Part shown: piece after piece, positions 44,751-60,038 of the stretch | Layout: each line of letters begins with the position of its first letter | Position numbering within the stretch: position 1 is the stretch's first letter | Assembly: GCA_000004695.1 (NCBI GenBank) | Contig: CM000154.2 | Location: 2,176,001 to 2,240,000 of the forward strand | Source: Dictyostelium discoideum | Lineage: Eukaryota | DNA: 64,000 bases | Reading direction: 5' to 3' | Made by a program: the position numbers and the translations under genes | The notes under the pieces: model-generated | What the model was told of the DNA's origin: nothing | The model's input: the letters and a program-made list of their open reading frames with translations, nothing else | Databases searched by the model: none

Positions 44751-47593
44751 TATTATTTTTTTTTTTTTTTTTCAAATTCCTTTTTTTTTTTTTTTTTTTT
44801 TTTTTTTCCCAACTGTCATTTGACAAAAATAACTATTTTTACTAAATTACAAAACAAAACAAAAAAAAAAAAAAAGCTTTTTTAAATTTTTTTTTTTTTT
44901 TTTTTATTTTTTTTTATTTTTTTTTTTTTTCCAAAAATTAATTTACCATTACCGCAATGGTACCAGTTGATTTTTATTTTTTTTTTATTCAAAAAAAAAT
45001 ATTAAAATAAAAAAAAAAATATTAAAATAAAAAAAAAAAAAAAAATAAAAAAAAAATGAAAATAAAAAAAAAAAACCACTTTTCCATGGTTTGAATTCAC
45101 ACACTTTCAAATTAATTTAATTGAGAATTCAAAATCTAGATATTTTTTAAATTTAAACGTTTAAAATTTAAACAAAATTATTTTTTATGACACGATGTGC
45201 TTCCTTTTAAGAAATGGTGGATGTTAAAAAATACTGAAATAAGATTCACAGATCTATATTATAGATTAATCCTAAAAACAAATAAATATAATGCGATGAA
45301 GCCTCACCAATATTAAAAAATGGGTTAGTTAGCCTCAATTAGTCGGGCATCCGTTTACCATCAATTATTTAAAACAAAACAAGATCTATCACTCACTTTA
45401 AATATAGGTTTGTAAATGAATTTAAAAGAATAAATTAAAATTTTTATTTTTTTTTTATTTTTATTTTATTTTTTTTTTTTTTTTCTAAAATAACACTATA
45501 AATTAAAAATTTTTTTTCATTATTATTTTTTTTTTTTCTAAAATAACAATCGATTATTTATTATTAAAAAAAAAAAAAAAAAATCAAAAAATAAAATAAA
45601 AAAAATCAAAAAAATAATAATAAAAATAATAATAATAAAAAAATAAAAATAAAATAAGGGATTAGGAAAAAAAAAAAAAAAAAAAAAAAATTTTTAAAAA
45701 AGATCTTTTTTTTTTTTAAAATTCCCCCCGCTCATTATAAATATTGTATATAAAAAACCAAAAAAAAAAAAACCATCAAAAAAATAATAAAAATAATAAT
45801 AATAAAAAAAATATTCTTAATAATTTTCTAAAAAAAAAAAAAAATAAAAACACCAATAATAATAATAATAATACACACACTTTTTTTTTTTTAATAACGA
45901 AAATCAAAAAAAAAAAAAAAAAAATATCTTTTTTTGCCAATACTCGAAAGCTTTTAAAAATAACAAAAGAAGTTTGGTAAGTTTTTTTTTTTTATTTTAA
46001 TTTTTTTTTAATTTAATTTTTTTTTTATTTTTTATTTTATTTTTTTTTTTTTTAATTTTTTTTTTTTTCATTCTTCGCAGCCAAAATAATGGCAAATCTC
46101 CAAAATAATTTGACCGTTTTTTTGGATATTTTTTACGATTTCCCACCTTGGAGACATTATTGTCACAATGTTTTTTTTTTAAAAAATTAGCGAGCAGCCC
46201 AAATGTTTTTTTAAGTGCAAATCATGTGATAACTGTATCCAATGGCGTTGTTTCTTTTTTTTTTTAGATATGTAAAGCAAAGCCACTGCTTATTGTTTTT
46301 TTTTTCTTTTTTTTTTTTTTTTTGATTTTTTTTTTTTTGTGCGCAGCCTCCTCGCCAATAAAAAAATTTTAAATTTAATTTTAATTTTTTAAAATATCCA
46401 TAGTTTATTCTTTTTTCTTTTTTTTTTTTTTTTTTTTTTTTATTTTTATATTTTTTTTTTTTTTTCTTTTTTTTATTTTTTTGATAATCCATAAATTGTT
46501 ATACGCTTTATTTTTTTATTTAAAAAATAATAATAAAAATCTACCTATATAATATATAATATATAATAAAATAAATTAGATTGTGTTTTTTTTTTTTCTT
46601 TTTTAAAAATTTAATAATAATAATTTATTACAAATCAATTAAATATTTTTATTATTAAACATTATAAATAATATAAAATTTTATTAAATTAATTATTTAT
46701 ACACCTTTCGTTTTTTAATTATAACACATATAACTTCATTCTTAAATATATTTTTTTTATTATAATTTTAAAAAAAAAAAAATAAATAATATAAAAACTT
46801 TTTTTTTTTTTTAAACAAAAATAATCACAACTGTTTTTTTAAATTTTATATATATATTATAAAAAATAAAAAACAAAAAAAAAAATTAAAAAAAATAAAA
46901 ACTTCAAAAACCCTTGATCTGCATTCACAAATATCACCCACCCACACATACACACACAAACCCTTACCATAGACATTTTTTATTTCACCTTTTATTTTTT
47001 ACACTTTTTAAAATTTAAAAAAGCCATTTTTTTTATTTTTTTTATTTTTTTTTCTTTTGCAAAACAATTACAATTTCCTATTTATTTGTAATTGACCTTA
47101 ACAGTTTGATATACTGAGAATATCATTTCATAAAAAAACACACACACACCGATCTATAAAAAAAAAAAAAAAAAAAAAAAAACCTACAATTATTTTTTTA
47201 TTTTTTTTCCAAATTTATATAAACTTTTTTTTGTTTTTTTATTTTTGAAACAAAACATCTTCCAGTTTTTTTTTTTTTAATTTTTTTAATTTAATTTTTC
47301 AAATTAATTTAAAAAGACCCAATCAAATTCCATTATTTCCCCACACCTTTCAAATTAATACCATATATAAAATAATTTTTCTTTTTTGTGTAGTTTAACT
47401 TGTTACAATTTGTGCAAACATATATTAATTAAAAAATAATTTTTTTTTTTTTTTTGCATCACCAATCCAAAAATAGTAATAATACCTCATTAGTCGTTAA
47501 TTTAAATTTTTTAATAATATAATATAATATAATATAATTAATTAATAATATAAATAAAAAAAGAAAAATAAAAAAATAAATAAAATAAAAAAA

Positions 47594-47644
47594 ATGGAAC
47601 CAACAACCACCACTACTACAACTCAAAATCAAGAAGTTGATAAT

Positions 47645-47705
<61 letters not shown>

Positions 47706-48689
47706 TCAATACAACAAATAATACAAATACAAATAATAATAATATAAGTAATACTACATCTACATCTACAAATACAAATAATACTACAATCCAACCACAA
47801 GAACAATCATCATCATCATCATCACAACAACAACAAGCACAACCACAACAACAAGCACCAAAATCACATGGTTACCAAAGAATGTTTAAAAGATTATTAT
47901 TAAATAGATCCACTCAACCAAAAACTATTGTTCAAGAAAGAGTAATTGCCTCATATAAAGTATATGGATGGTTAATTAATTATGATCCAGCCTATGAGTC
48001 AACTGCCTTTAGAAGAGAAGTACTTATTGCCATTGATGAAATTTTCGATATTGTTTTGGCCATCTTAGATATGATGAAATGTTCATCAAATCTTTTAATT
48101 CCAATCATCATTTATGCCGATAAATTTGTAAATAGAAGCGGTATTAAACATAATCAATTATTTAATTTATTATTAACAAGGTAAGTTTTTAAAATTTTTT
48201 TTTTTTCAAAAAATCAACCAATTAATTTTAAATCAAATTATTAATTTTTTATTTTTTTATTTTTTATTTTTTTTTTAAAAATTAATTAGCACTGTTGTAT
48301 CATTAAAATTCTGGTCAGAATCAACTCAAGTTAATAATGCAATTATTGCAGAAATTTTTAATTTTTCATTAAAAGATATGAATCTTATGGAAAGAAGATT
48401 CCTTACTGGCGTAGATTACAATTTATTTTTAAACTCAACTCATACTACAAACTTTTTATTACAACTTTACGAAAATCAACATACCTTTTTATCATACTTT
48501 AAACATCCATTCGATAATCCACCACAAATCTTTATGATGCCAATCGAATTAATTCAATATCAACAAACATTAGTACATCAACAACATTATGCTCAACTTC
48601 AAATGGTTCAAGAACAACAACTTGAACAAATTGAACAACAAAAAAAACAATTACAAAAATTTCAACAACAACAACAAATAAATAATAAT

Positions 48690-48728
<39 letters not shown>

Positions 48729-48986
48729 CATCATCATATTATTAATAATAATAATAATAATAATATTAATAATAATAATATTAATAATAACCATCATCAC
48801 CATAATAATAATAATCATCATAATAATTATCATCCTTATCCAGTTAAAAAGCAACTCACAAATCAAAGATACCAACAACAACAAGCTTTAAATCAAAAGC
48901 AACAACAACAATCACAACAACAACAACAACAAGAGCTATCTAATCCAGGTAGTTATCATATCCAAATGGTATCACCAATGTGTTAA
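47594..48986 (+). CDS. PHO80-like cyclin (cyclin U/P-type), ~427 aa, with polyN/Q/H tail
   Basis: The CDS is join(47594..48180, 48290..48986). The intron runs 48181-48289 (GTAAGT ... AATTAG, phase 2). The cyclin box VLIAIDEIFDIVLAILDMMK...IPIIIYADKFVNRSG...ALVSLKFWSESTQVNNAIIAEIFNFSLKDMNLMERRFLTGVDYNLFL matches the PHO80 pattern LMVASKFWDDS....AEVGGISLKELNKLERQFLFLIDFDLNI. Confidence 0.75.
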
Positions 48987-49714
48987 AAAATATATATATA
49001 ATAATAATACACCTATAAGTAACAACTTAAAACATATAGTAATAATAATAATATAATAATAATAATAATTTAAAAAGGATGCAAATTACTATAAACTTTT
49101 TTTTTTCCATTTTCAAATATTTTTTTTTTTCCATAAACCAAAAAATCATTTTTCTCTTCTCCTCTTCATCCCTCTCAATAGTTAATTTATCAAACCGAAT
49201 ATATAATCAGAGTTCAAGTACTTCTTCCTTTTATTAAGTGAAAGTCTTGTTTCAAACTTTTTTTTTCTTCCTTTTTTTTCCCCCCTCCCCTTATCCATTG
49301 CTTTTTTTTTCTCTAGAAATCTTTCAAATATTCTAGTCCAACGCGGCGGTGTGTTTCACTTAATAATAATAATTATATTTCAACACTCTTTTTTTTTATG
49401 GTTCGAATATAAAGTTGGTTGGTTGGCAGACTTTTTAAAAATAGTTTTCAAGAAACTTTTTATTAAAGTCTTCAACACACATCCTCCTCTCGAAATATCT
49501 CCTCTTCGATACAAATATCATTTTTTTTATTCTTCTTTCCCAACATTAATTAATTTTAATTTTGGGATAAATTAAAAAGAATTAATGATATTTAAATTTT
49601 TTAAATATTAAATTAAAAAAAAAAAAAAAAACTTTAACAAAAAAATATAAAATAAAAATAAAAAAAAAATTAGAAAAAAAACAAAAACAATATGTGTTCA
49701 TATTTATTTAACTT

Positions 49715-49956
49715 TTATTTTTTATTTTTAAATAGAAATTGTTCTTGATCATTTTGGATTATTCTTAAAGTATTTAAACCTAATAATCCTTTTAATCTTG
49801 TTTCCAATAATACCATTTCAATTGAAATACTTTCTAAATTATCCTTTGATTCTTTTAAATCTGAATTTAATTGTTCAATATCAGATAAAAATTCCATATA
49901 CTTTATAATATCTTCTTGTTCATTATCCTTCTGGTCAAAATTTTTATTATTATTAC

Positions 49957-49993
<37 letters not shown>

Positions 49994-50253
49994 GAAAAAT
50001 TGAGATTTTTGATTGTTTTCAATGAATTGGTTGGAATTGAGGTTATTGTTGCTATCTAAACTTCTAAATCTTTTAAAACCAATAATATCTTTACTTTGTT
50101 CATAATATTCTTTTTCAACATCTAATTCCATCTCATTCAATTCACTTTCTTTGTGAAATTGTGAATTTTGTTTTTGTACTTGTTTTTGTTGGTGATATTG
50201 GTATTGAGAATATGACTCTGGTACTTTTCTTTTAATTGGTAAATTATTATTAC

Positions 50254-50317
<64 letters not shown>

Positions 50318-50422
50318 TATATTATTATTATTATTAAATTCACCATTTGTTCCATTTGGGTGAATTATTGTTCTTTTAAAATTTTTTAAAATGCTATTAC
50401 TATTATCACTTTTAAATGACAT
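49715..50422 (-). CDS. hypothetical Asn-rich protein (235 aa) with acidic coiled-coil C-terminus
   Basis: Continuous ORF with an ATG at 50422-50420. No domain recognised. Confidence 0.45.
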
Positions 50423-50609
50423 TATTTGATTCCTGTTATGAGAGCTAATAAATAAAAATTGAATAGAGAATTTTTTTTTTTTTTTTTTTTTTTTTTATAT
50501 ATAAATAATTATTTTTTCTAAAATATTAAAACAAATTAAAAAAAACTCACTAAAAAATAGAAATAAAGAGAAAAATATATATATAAATAGAAGTTATTGT
50601 TTTTTTTTT

Positions 50610-50647
<38 letters not shown>

Positions 50648-50659
50648 TCCAATAAATAT

Positions 50660-51191
50660 TTATACATATAAGGAATTATAAGCAATAATCCATGATATCT
50701 AAAAAAAGAAATTTTGAATTTAGTAAAAAAAAAAATTAAAAAATTGAAAATTAAAAATTAAAAAAAAGGATAAAAACTTACAACAAAAATAGTTAAAGAA
50801 GACATAAAACCTTCTCTCATTAATTCCCATTTGAAATCATCTTCTTCAATTTCTAATACTTTAGTATAATATATAGCAACAAAACCGCAAGTGAATATTA
50901 AAAAGGCAATAAAACCTGGAAATCCTATAACCGGGATTGAACCAACTATAATTCCAACCAAAATACTAACAATTTGTCTCAACCAATGTACATTTTGAGC
51001 AATCTCTTTCTATTTTTTTTTATTTTATTTTTTTATTTTTATTTTTAAAAATATTAATATCTGATTGACTTTTTTTTTTTTTTTTTTTTTTCTTCTTTCT
51101 TTTTAATCATTATTACATTTGTAAATTTAAAATCCTTATTAAATGAATTCTTTAAAAGGAGTAATTGAGATCTTTCTTTTGTTTCACTCAT
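50660..51191 (-). CDS. small two-TM membrane protein (113 aa), possibly signal peptidase complex subunit 1 (SPC12)-like
   Basis: The CDS is join(50660..50698, 50782..51009, 51117..51191) on the minus strand. All junctions are phase 0, with GTAATA and GTAAGT donors and ATAG and TTTAG acceptors. The protein is MSETKERSQLLLLKNSFNKDFKFTN|KEIAQNVHWLRQIVSILVGIIVGSIPVIGFPGFIAFLIFTCGFVAIYYTKVLEIEEDDFKWELMREGFMSSLTIFVV|ISWIIAYNSLYV. The architecture and the DFK..Q..W motif resemble SPCS1. This is a weak call. Confidence 0.45.
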
Positions 51192-51886
51192 TTCTTTTTT
51201 TATGGTAGTCGCCTATTCGAATAAAAAAAATAAAAAAAAAAATGAAAATGAAAAATTATAAAAAAAAATTTTCAAATATTTGACCAAAAAAAAAAAAAAA
51301 TAAAAAAAAAAAGAAAAAAAAAAAAATAATATAAAATAAAAGTTAAAACATTAATTATCTTTATAAATTCAATGGTTAATTTCCAAAAAATAAAAATAAA
51401 ATAAAAATATATAAAGATCAAAAAAATAAATAAATAAAAAATAAAGATAAAAAAAAAAAAAATCATTTAATTTAAAGTGAATTAATTTTTTTTTTTTTTT
51501 TTCAGGTATACCTCTTTGTGAACTTGGACACTGTTTTAAAACAATAATTACAAAAATTAAAAAAAAAAAAAATAAAAAAAAAAAAAAAAGGTGTGATTAT
51601 TTTTATTATTTTTTTATTATTTTTAATTTTTTTTTTTTTTTTTTTATAATTTTTTTTTTTTTAATTTTTTTTTTTTTTTTTTAATTTTTTAATGTGTGAA
51701 GTGCACTTTAATTAAAATTTTTTTTTTTTTTTTTAATTTTCAATTTTTCTAATTTTTAATTTTTTTATATATATACATAAATATTTATTTTTATTTTTAT
51801 TTTTTTTTATAATTTTCCAACATAACAATATCTAATTATAATTTGGTATTAATAGTGTAATATTTGTTTTTTTTTTTTTTTTAAAA

Positions 51887-53274
<1,388 letters not shown>

Positions 53275-54097
53275 TAAAAAAAAAAAAAAACCAACAAAAA
53301 AAAAAATAAAAAAAAAATAAAACTTATTCATAAGGAAATATGGTATTTGTAAACAAAAACAAAAAAAAAAAAAAAAATAAACAAAAGTGTGCATTGGTTG
53401 TATAATATAATTTTTATTTTCCAACTTTTGTATTATAATTTTAATTATAAAGATGATTTTTAAAATTTAATAATTTCATTCTCAAATATTTATTTCTTTT
53501 TTTTTTTTTTTTTTTTTCGGGAAATTAATAATTATATTAAATTGTCACATTAACTAATTTAAATAAATCTTTTGGTTAACAATTCAATATCAAATGAAAT
53601 TAAATAAATAAATAAATAAATAATTTCCTCAGAGGTAATTTTTTTATCTATTTTATTTAAACTTTAATAATAAAACTCAATTTCCAATGTTAGAAAAAAA
53701 AAAAAAAAAAAAAAAAAAAAACATATCAAAGTTATATAATTTGAAATTGTTTTTTTTATATATATATTATATATATTAATTTTAATTTTTTAATCACTGA
53801 AACTCTGAATCTTATTTTAATTGTTTTATAACTGCTTTTTTTTTTTTTTCTTTTTTTTCTTTTTTTTTTTCTAAACTGAATTTTTACACAAATAAAAAAT
53901 AAAAATAAAAATAAATAAAAAAAATAAAAACTAATCAAATCTTAAATTCGTGCAAATCTTTTATTATTATAATAATAATCAATTTAGTATTACAATCTCT
54001 CTTTTCATACACAACCGCCACGTTGTGTTTGTAATTGATCCCTTAATTTTTTTAAGTCCAATATTTACTTTAAGAATCTTTTTTTTTTTTTTTTTTT

Positions 54098-54132
<35 letters not shown>

Positions 54133-54242
54133 CAAAATTTTTTCTAATTTTTATAAATAAATTGAAAATTGATCGAACCGATCTGACTTTTTGTGCATAA
54201 CGGAGGCTTTAAAAAAAAAATCAAAATATTTTTAATTTATTT

Positions 54243-54273
<31 letters not shown>

Positions 54274-54343
54274 GGCTGATAATTTACTATCAGAAAACAC
54301 ACCACCTTTCTAAATTTAGTTTTTTGTTATTTTTATTTTTTTT

Positions 54344-54378
<35 letters not shown>

Positions 54379-54552
54379 GCAGTTGCAATTGGTGTATATT
54401 ATTTATTTATTTATTTATTTGTTTGTTTGTTTTTTAAAATTTATATTATTTATTCACAAAAAAAAAAAATAAAAAAAAAAAAAAAAAAAATTCAAAAAAC
54501 AAAGAATTTAAAAAAAAAAAAAAAAAAATACTTTGATTTAAAAACAAAGGGA

Positions 54553-54755
54553 ATGAGTTCAGAGGATTTACAGGATCACCATGAAATTGGAAATGAGGTG
54601 ATTAAAAAAAAAGGGGTTTACACAAAAAAAAAATGTCAAGATTGTTTCTTTTTAATATTATTTTTATTATTTTGGGCTGGTATGATCGTTGTGGCAGCAT
54701 TTGGTGTAAAAAATGGTAAACCTGATAGGTATGTAAAATAAATCAAGAATAATTG

Positions 54756-54790
<35 letters not shown>

Positions 54791-56648
54791 ACCAAAAAAC
54801 CAAAAACTAAAATAAAAATTACAATGGTTATATATTACCTCATATATTACCTCGCATATATTAATTTTATTTTAATATTTTATTTTATTTTATTTTATTT
54901 TTTTAAAAAAATTTGAAAAAAAAAAAAAAAAAAAAAGAATTGTTAAAGGTACAGATCAATATGGTAATATTTGTGGTGTTAATAATATAGAACAAGGTAT
55001 TTTAAATGAAACACAAGCAAGAGATACAACTAATGAACCATATGTATATTTTATATATTATCCAGACTTGATTGGAATTAATTATAGAGTTATTTGTATT
55101 GAAGAATGTCCAAATTCTACATATACAGATTTGAATGATCCAAATCAATTAATTTGTGATTATGGTACAGTTCCAGCAACCAATCAAATATCACCAAATG
55201 GAACATGTATGGGAAAAATTAAGAGTAAATTAATATTCAATCGTTGTATACCCGATGTAACCAATACATCAGTGGTATTGAATTCAATTGTCGATGAAAT
55301 CTATCAATTTGTAAATAATCAACTTACATCGGATCTCAGTGTAGAGATATTAACAGATTTAACTAATTCATGGCGTTATTTAATTTATGGCGCATTGATT
55401 GCAATGGGGTTGGGTTTGACATGGATATTTTTATTAAGATTTTTCGCAGGTTTCATTACATGGCTAACTGTATTCGCAGCATATGCATGTCTTGGTCTAT
55501 TGACGGCTCAGGTGTATTTCCAATGGCAAGATTCAAAGGATGCCTATGAGAATACAATCCCATCACAACGTTTAGTTATGCAAGAGAAGAATATATTGGC
55601 ATTAAAGGTGATTTTCATTATTCTTTGTGTGGTTTGTGGTATTTTCGCATTGATTCTATTGGCTTTGTTTAGTCGTATTCGTATTGCAATTCGTATCATT
55701 AAAGAGTGTAGTAGAGCCATTGGTATTATGCCATCAATTTTCTTTTTCCCAATTTTCATATTCCTTTTATTATGTGGTTTCACAGTTTATTGGGTTTACA
55801 TTGGTGTTTATTTAGCTACGGCCGGTTCACCAACTTATGACGATCAATATAGATTCACAGGTTATGAAGCGGATTCAAAGTTACAGAAAATTCAAATCTA
55901 TCATTTCTTTGGCTACCTTTGGACTTTTGCTTTCATCTTAGCATTGAATCAAACTACGATCGCTGGTGCAATCTCATCATGGTATTGGGTACAAGATAAA
56001 AAGGATACACCTTTCTTCCCAGTTTGGTCTTCATTTTTCAGGGTAATTCGTTATCATTTAGGTTCAATTGCATTGGGTTCTCTCATTTTGGCCATTGTAC
56101 AATTCATTCGTTGGGTATTACGTTTCTTGGAGAAGAAATTCAAAGGAAAGGAAGCTTATTTGGCAAGATTCATCGTTAGATGTTTAAATTGTATTTTTGG
56201 TTGTTTTGAAAGATTCATAAAGTTTTTAGATAAAAATGCCTATATCATGGTTTCCATCTATGGTTACTCTTTTTGTCAAGGTGCAAAGAGAGGTTTCCAA
56301 TTGGTTCTCACCAATATCCTTAGAGTGGCCGCTGTAAATTTAGTAAGTTCTTTCTTAATGTTTTTAGGTAGAGTTTTCATTACCGCCGCAACCGTTGGTA
56401 TCTCACTTTATCTCTTAAAAGAGCATGAAAATTTATCTTTTTATATCATTCCTGTAATCTTAATTGGTTTCATCGCTTTTGCCATTTCAACTGGTTTCAT
56501 GTCTGTTTATGATATGTCTATCGATACAATGTTGTTATGTTTCTGTGAAGATTGTGAAAGAAATGATGGTTCTCCAGAACGTCCATACTATATGAGTAAA
56601 TCACTTAGAAAATTCGTTGATGGAAAAGGTCGTTCAAAATGTTGTTAA
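54553..56648 (+). CDS. choline transporter-like protein (CTL / SLC44 family), ~628 aa
   Basis: The CDS is join(54553..54728, 54938..56648). The intron runs 54729-54937 (GTATGT ... AAAAAG, phase 2). The spliced N-terminus GKPDRIVKGTDQYGNICG matches CTL1 GDPRQVLYPRNSTGAYCG. Conserved C-terminal CTL blocks are present: NAYIMVSIYGYSFCQGAKRGFQLVLTNILRVAAVNLVSSFLMFLGRV and CFCEDCERNDGSPERPYYMSKSL. There are multiple TM segments. The ORF-track M at 55068 is a TTG, not the real start. Confidence 0.85.
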
Positions 56649-56831
56649 AAAATAAAAAAAATAAAAAAAATAAAAATGTTATAAATAAAATAAAATAAAA
56701 TAAAATAAAATAATATTTATTTTTAATTATATCTTTTAAAGGGTTAAGAAAGAAATAAAATAAAATAATAGTTGTTTATTATAAAATAATTATTATTAGT
56801 ATGTTTGAATATAGAAATAATTTTAAATAAT

Positions 56832-57857
56832 TTAAACTTTAGTACTAATATTAGAACAAGATAATACACGGAATTGAGTTATTGGAATATTATATAAGGT
56901 TGATAAATCTGTTCCATATTGAGATTCCCATTGATTTGAACCAGAAGCACCAAGGTTTTCAAAATAAATACCAAAATCACCTGCATTATCAACCATGTAT
57001 CCTCCATAGGTTTGTAAAGCTTGTGCAATTAATTTGGCTTTTGGTGGTAAGGAGTTGATGTTATATGAAGGATTTAACTGAATTCTTTGACCCTCCATTA
57101 TGGTATTGTCCCCAACTACATAACCATCGGTACGGCTTGATACAGGACTACATAATTCATATGACCATGGACTGGAAGCTGATGATTTTTGTCTGTTGAG
57201 AGGTCCTCCAAATGCAATAGCATGATTTAGCTCACCTCTTTGAATCTCGTCAAATCTAATTAAACCAGCAATAAATGGTGCACCTGAACCTCTTACACCT
57301 TTCATCCACCAACGACTACCTGGGACGAATGCTGGATAAGTTCCATTATGAGTATAGGAAAAAGTATCGTATCTTGTGGCCTCTGCAGTGGTTGAATTTA
57401 CCCATTTAAATCTTGAAAACTCGTGGAAAACTTTTAAATTTGTGTCAAATACAATCATATGGCCATCAAGTTTTGGGTCTGGATTAAAGCTTGTTAATAC
57501 TGGTAAATTGGTTATAACCTTTAAACCTAAAGGATCCACAGTTTCATGGTATCCTTCACCTTGTGGTTGAAAAATTTTAATTCTATTAACTGGTAAAGAT
57601 GTATTTACAAGATGAAGCGGTGCTGTCCATTGATAATAATGTAATTGAAAATTTGTTGAAAGTCCTCCTTGACCCAATTCAGTATATATTCTATTGACCG
57701 TTGAACTTGATAAAGGATCAACTGTTGGGTTGTTACCAATTGGTGTGTTCCATGGTGAATTTGAAGATAAAACTTGAGTAGGAAAACCTGTTGATGTGAA
57801 TTGTGATTCAACTACAACTGAAATTATTAAAAATATAAGTGAAACTAATAATTTCAT
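56832..57857 (-). CDS. hypothetical secreted protein (~341 aa) with signal peptide; relatively GC-rich, few Asn runs
   Basis: The ATG is at 57857-57855; the ORF-track M at 57881 is a TTG in the leader. The signal peptide is MKLLVSLIFLIISVVVESQ. The body is rich in G/S/T/P/W/Y with no low-complexity tracts. GC content is roughly 38-40%, against ~25% for neighbouring genes. No family recognised from memory. Confidence 0.6.
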   Translation of the reverse strand: MKLLVSLIFLIISVVVESQFTSTGFPTQVLSSNSPWNTPIGNNPTVDPLSSSTVNRIYTELGQGGLSTNFQLHYYQWTAPLHLVNTSLPVNRIKIFQPQGEGYHETVDPLGLKVITNLPVLTSFNPDPKLDGHMIVFDTNLKVFHEFSRFKWVNSTTAEATRYDTFSYTHNGTYPAFVPGSRWWMKGVRGSGAPFIAGLIRFDEIQRGELNHAIAFGGPLNRQKSSASSPWSYELCSPVSSRTDGYVVGDNTIMEGQRIQLNPSYNINSLPPKAKLIAQALQTYGGYMVDNAGDFGIYFENLGASGSNQWESQYGTDLSTLYNIPITQFRVLSCSNISTKV

Positions 57858-57885
57858 TGTATTTATTTTTTTTTTTTTCAAACGA

Positions 57886-57916
<31 letters not shown>

Positions 57917-58317
57917 AAATAAAAAGGTGTCTTTTTTTTTTTAAAAAAAAATCTGGATATTTTTTCTAAAAAAAATGGTGAAGGAGTTATCTAAAAGATA
58001 TTTGTTTTCGGTTAATGGTTCGCTTAACAATTTCATTTAATTGATTTGAAAAAATGATTTCAAACAAAAAATAAATATTAAAAAAAAAAGATCAGAAATA
58101 AATAATAAAAACAAAATTATACCATTATTATTTTTAAAACACTTTTTTATATATTTTTTTTTTTGAATTGTTTATTTTAGATAATTTGAAAAATAAAAAT
58201 ATAAATTAAAAATACAATATTAAAACTAAAAAAAAAATAAATTAAAAATAGAAAAATTAAAAATGGTTTTTTTTTATAATTTAAGTTTAAATAAAATACA
58301 ACATATTTATTAATTGT

Positions 58318-59469
<1,152 letters not shown>

Positions 59470-59810
59470 TTATAGATTGAATAATGATAAGAAAAAAAAA
59501 AAAATTTAATATTTATCCAAAAATCAAAAAAAAAAAAAAAATCAAAAAAAAAAAAAAAAATCAAAATTAATTAAATTTTTATTCCCATTTTTTGATGGGT
59601 TAAATTTTGTGATTTTTTTTTGAAATTATTTGAAAATGAAAAAAAATGGTTCATTTTTTTTTTATTTTTTTTTTTTGATCATTTTTTTTAAATAAAACTA
59701 AATTATTTGAATTTATATATTTTATGCCTTTGTGTTGGGTTCATTTTTGATTTTGGAATTTTTTTTCTTCTATTTAATATTTTGTTAAATAATTTGGTTA
59801 AAAATTAAAT

Positions 59811-59841
<31 letters not shown>

Positions 59842-60038
59842 TAAATAGATAATAATTATTTTTTATCAAAAAAATGAAGTATAAAAGGAAATATTTTTTT
59901 ATTTTTTACATTAATTGATTTTTTAAAACAATAATTAAAAATATATATATTTTATTAAACCTTTTTTAATTTTATTTTAGTTTTTTGGTTTCTAATTTTT
60001 TATTTATAAATGATATCAACTTGTTTTCAAAATGCCAC

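Noticed and set aside
41400-47590. tRNA genes, expected because Dictyostelium repeats and TREs cluster near tRNAs
   Set aside because: I scanned both strands for GTTCGAATC / GGTTCGA-type T-arms and TAGC..GG D-arms in the GC islands and found none. No tRNA can be supported.
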